DNA from: Ignisphaera sp.
GTDB lineage: Archaea; Thermoproteota; Thermoprotei_A; Sulfolobales; Ignisphaeraceae
Length of the DNA: 64,000 nucleotides
NCBI GenBank assembly: GCA_038821645.1
Contig: JAWBDT010000004.1
Location: 32,001-96,000, forward strand
Direction: 5' to 3'
The notes under the pieces were generated by a model, which ran no database searches, was not told where the DNA came from, and was given only the letters and a program-made list of their open reading frames with translations. The position numbers were made by a program, and so were the translations under genes. Of this stretch, positions 61,933-64,000 are shown one piece after another (position 1 is the stretch's first letter; each line of letters starts with the position of its first letter).

Positions 61933-62694
61933 ATGCTCTACAAGATATTTGAAGATATCTACGCTTTAGCAGATCTACCTTTGGTATATGTTCCCAAATT
62001 TAAGGCTATAGTTATGGCTGATGTACATCTAGGTTTCGAAGAAGATATGGCTTCTAAAGGTATCTTTTTGCCGAGGATTCAGCTTAAGAAGGCTATAGAA
62101 GTAGTGGAAAAAGCTATCAGCCGCGTAAATATATCGATACTCATAATTGCTGGCGATATTAAGCATCATTTCGAGAAACTAGGTAAAAAGGAAGCGAAAG
62201 ATCTTAAAGAATTTCTAGAGTTTACTACAAAGAGATTCAAAAAAGTTATAGTTGTTAGAGGTAATCATGATACATACCTTCTCTCTCTTTCGAGAAGATT
62301 GGGGATAGAGCTTTACGATAGACTTTGGTTAGACAGAATTCTTATTGTTCATGGACATAGAGAACTTGTGGATAACGATAATCCGGACCTAGTGATTATG
62401 GGTCACGAACATCCTAGTATAGCTATAAGAGATCCCGTAACTGGGTACGGTAGCAAGTTTCCATGCTTTCTCTTGATACCATTGAAAAGAGGAGGATATG
62501 TACTGGTTCTTCCAGCAGTAGGTCTATATCAAAGTGGTACAGCTATATCTACAAACATAGAAAGTTATCTTTCACCAATAATTCGTGAAGAAGCTATAAT
62601 TGAGGAAGCAAAACCTTTCGTTATAGTTGAGGGAGAAGGGGTTATCGAGTTACCAAAACTGAAAACAGTTGAAGATCTAATGCTTTCTTTCTAG
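61933..62694 (+). CDS. Calcineurin-like metallophosphoesterase
   Basis: DVHLG, GDIKH, RGNHD, HGH, GHEHP. Confidence 0.9.
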   Translation: MLYKIFEDIYALADLPLVYVPKFKAIVMADVHLGFEEDMASKGIFLPRIQLKKAIEVVEKAISRVNISILIIAGDIKHHFEKLGKKEAKDLKEFLEFTTKRFKKVIVVRGNHDTYLLSLSRRLGIELYDRLWLDRILIVHGHRELVDNDNPDLVIMGHEHPSIAIRDPVTGYGSKFPCFLLIPLKRGGYVLVLPAVGLYQSGTAISTNIESYLSPIIREEAIIEEAKPFVIVEGEGVIELPKLKTVEDLMLSF

Positions 62695-62768
62695 CTTTAA
62701 AACACTATTTTAAACTTTAAACTAGATCAGTTTCATAAAAGCTTTTAAATCTCGTTAAAAATCCTTAT

Positions 62769-63494
62769 TTGTTAAAAGAGTGTGAGACTATATCCTCCGA
62801 TAGTTATTCTCAAAAAGAGTTGTATCAAAAATATCTATCAGATCTTGGAAATCCAAACATAAGTGTCAAAATAGAGAACATAGTTGCTACTGTAGCCATA
62901 GATCAGCACATAGATCTTGAATATCTAGATAAAGTATTACCAAATGTTGACTATGATCCAGATCAATTCCCAGGACTTGTGTTTAGGTTAGAGAGCCCAA
63001 AGGTAACAGCACTAATATTTCGATCAGGCCGAATGGTTGTAACAGGTTCAAAAAGTACAGCTAACTTGATAAAAGCTGTTAAGAAGATAGTGAAGGTTTT
63101 ATTAAAGCATGGAGTCTCAATAACCACAAAACCAAGGATACAGGTACAAAATATTGTAGCTTCTGTAAGTCTTGGTGGTGAAGTACTTCTAGAGAAAGTA
63201 GCATTTCTACTCGAAAATACTATGTATGAACCTGAGCAATTTCCAGGACTTATATACAGAATGGAGGATCCTCATGTAGTTCTACTAATATTTAGTAGTG
63301 GTAAAATGGTTGTTACTGGTGCTAAAAGTGAGGAAGAAGTATTTCTAGCAGTTAGAAATATATTCCTCAAACTTAAAGAACTTGGATGTCTAAAGGAAAC
63401 CACATCTGAAGAAGAGATACTTAGTGAAGAGCTAGAGACTCTTGAAGGTGGTAGAGGAAGAAGGAAGCTTACATATAAAGACTTTCTATTCTAG
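62769..63494 (+). CDS. tbp: TATA-box binding protein
   Basis: Two repeats NIVA...Y.P.QFPGL..R.....LIF.SG.MVVTG; acidic C-terminal tail; exact start uncertain. Confidence 0.97.
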   Translation: MLKECETISSDSYSQKELYQKYLSDLGNPNISVKIENIVATVAIDQHIDLEYLDKVLPNVDYDPDQFPGLVFRLESPKVTALIFRSGRMVVTGSKSTANLIKAVKKIVKVLLKHGVSITTKPRIQVQNIVASVSLGGEVLLEKVAFLLENTMYEPEQFPGLIYRMEDPHVVLLIFSSGKMVVTGAKSEEEVFLAVRNIFLKLKELGCLKETTSEEEILSEELETLEGGRGRRKLTYKDFLF

Positions 63495-63504
63495 AGTGCT
63501 GAAT

Positions 63505-63999
63505 CTAATAGCTATGCCATATAGATACAGCATCTATATCAAATCCAGATAGTTTTTCCCCAACATAATCTATTTTTGCTACAGTAGGTGTTTTAACCCA
63601 TTCGCCAAGTAATATAGCTTCTCCAGTATTTAGACCCGGAAGCTCATTGATAACCTCATGTACAACAGATTCACAGTATCTAGCTACATAAGCTTGATCT
63701 TCTGGATGAACAATTCTCAATATAGCTAGATTACCAAGCTGACTTAGAATCGTTGAATCGAGGCCTCTAGGTCTTTGAGAAACCACAACTAGTCCTACAC
63801 CAAATTTCCTACCTTCTCTAACTATAGATATGGCTTCTCTTTTTGTAGCAGTTTCGTAATCATTTGGTAAAAACACATGGGCTTCTTCAATAACAACTAA
63901 GATAGGTATAGGAAAACCTCTTTTATTTTCGCTAATAGTTGCTTCTTTTCTTGATGTCAGTAATCTGTTGAGCCAATGAGCTATAACGGCATCGGCTTG
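63505..63999 (-). CDS. HerA-family ATPase, C-terminal part (runs off the window)
   Basis: Open frame to window edge: ILVVIEEAH, REGRKFGVGL, SQRP, LPGLNTGEA. Confidence 0.9.
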   Translation of the reverse strand, partial: QADAVIAHWLNRLLTSRKEATISENKRGFPIPILVVIEEAHVFLPNDYETATKREAISIVREGRKFGVGLVVVSQRPRGLDSTILSQLGNLAILRIVHPEDQAYVARYCESVVHEVINELPGLNTGEAILLGEWVKTPTVAKIDYVGEKLSGFDIDAVSIWHSY

Positions 64000-64000
64000 A

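Noticed and set aside
1-64000. CRISPR array, tRNA/rRNA genes, transposases, integrases
   Set aside because: No regularly spaced repeats, cloverleaf/T-loop signatures, long GC-rich tracts or recombinase motifs found by eye

Overview
AT-rich archaeal chromosome segment, most consistent with a crenarchaeote of the Desulfurococcales (Ignisphaera-like; inferred from gene content such as TBP, HerA/NurA, translin, IorAB and box C/D sRNAs, from GGTGA ribosome-binding sites, and from heavy CTA/AGA/ATA codon use). Most of the window is housekeeping: a purC-S-Q-L-F operon, transporters (ABC-2, ECF, MFS, MgtE), ttuA, deoC, a MoxR/DUF58 locus and tbp. No CRISPR array, tRNA, rRNA or transposase was seen. 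The most interesting locus is 13377-17119 (minus strand): a small secreted beta-rich protein, a SipW-like signal peptidase with an extra extracellular domain, and a large protein that carries the same 'YYPL' mature-N-terminal strand twice, a lectin-like insert and a copy of the small protein's domain. I infer a donor-strand-complemented filament with a self-capping adhesin tip. The peptidase's RBS-preceded ATG reaches the catalytic frame only through a -1 shift at a T-TTT-TTC heptamer. Other observations: two convergent phenylacetate-CoA ligase paralogues sharing three identical inverted DNA blocks around iorAB, four unannotated box C/D sRNAs, a K-turn-like structured RNA candidate, several micro-ORFs, an orphan herA-nurA-HD module, and a helicase with a probable degenerate exonuclease-fold tail.
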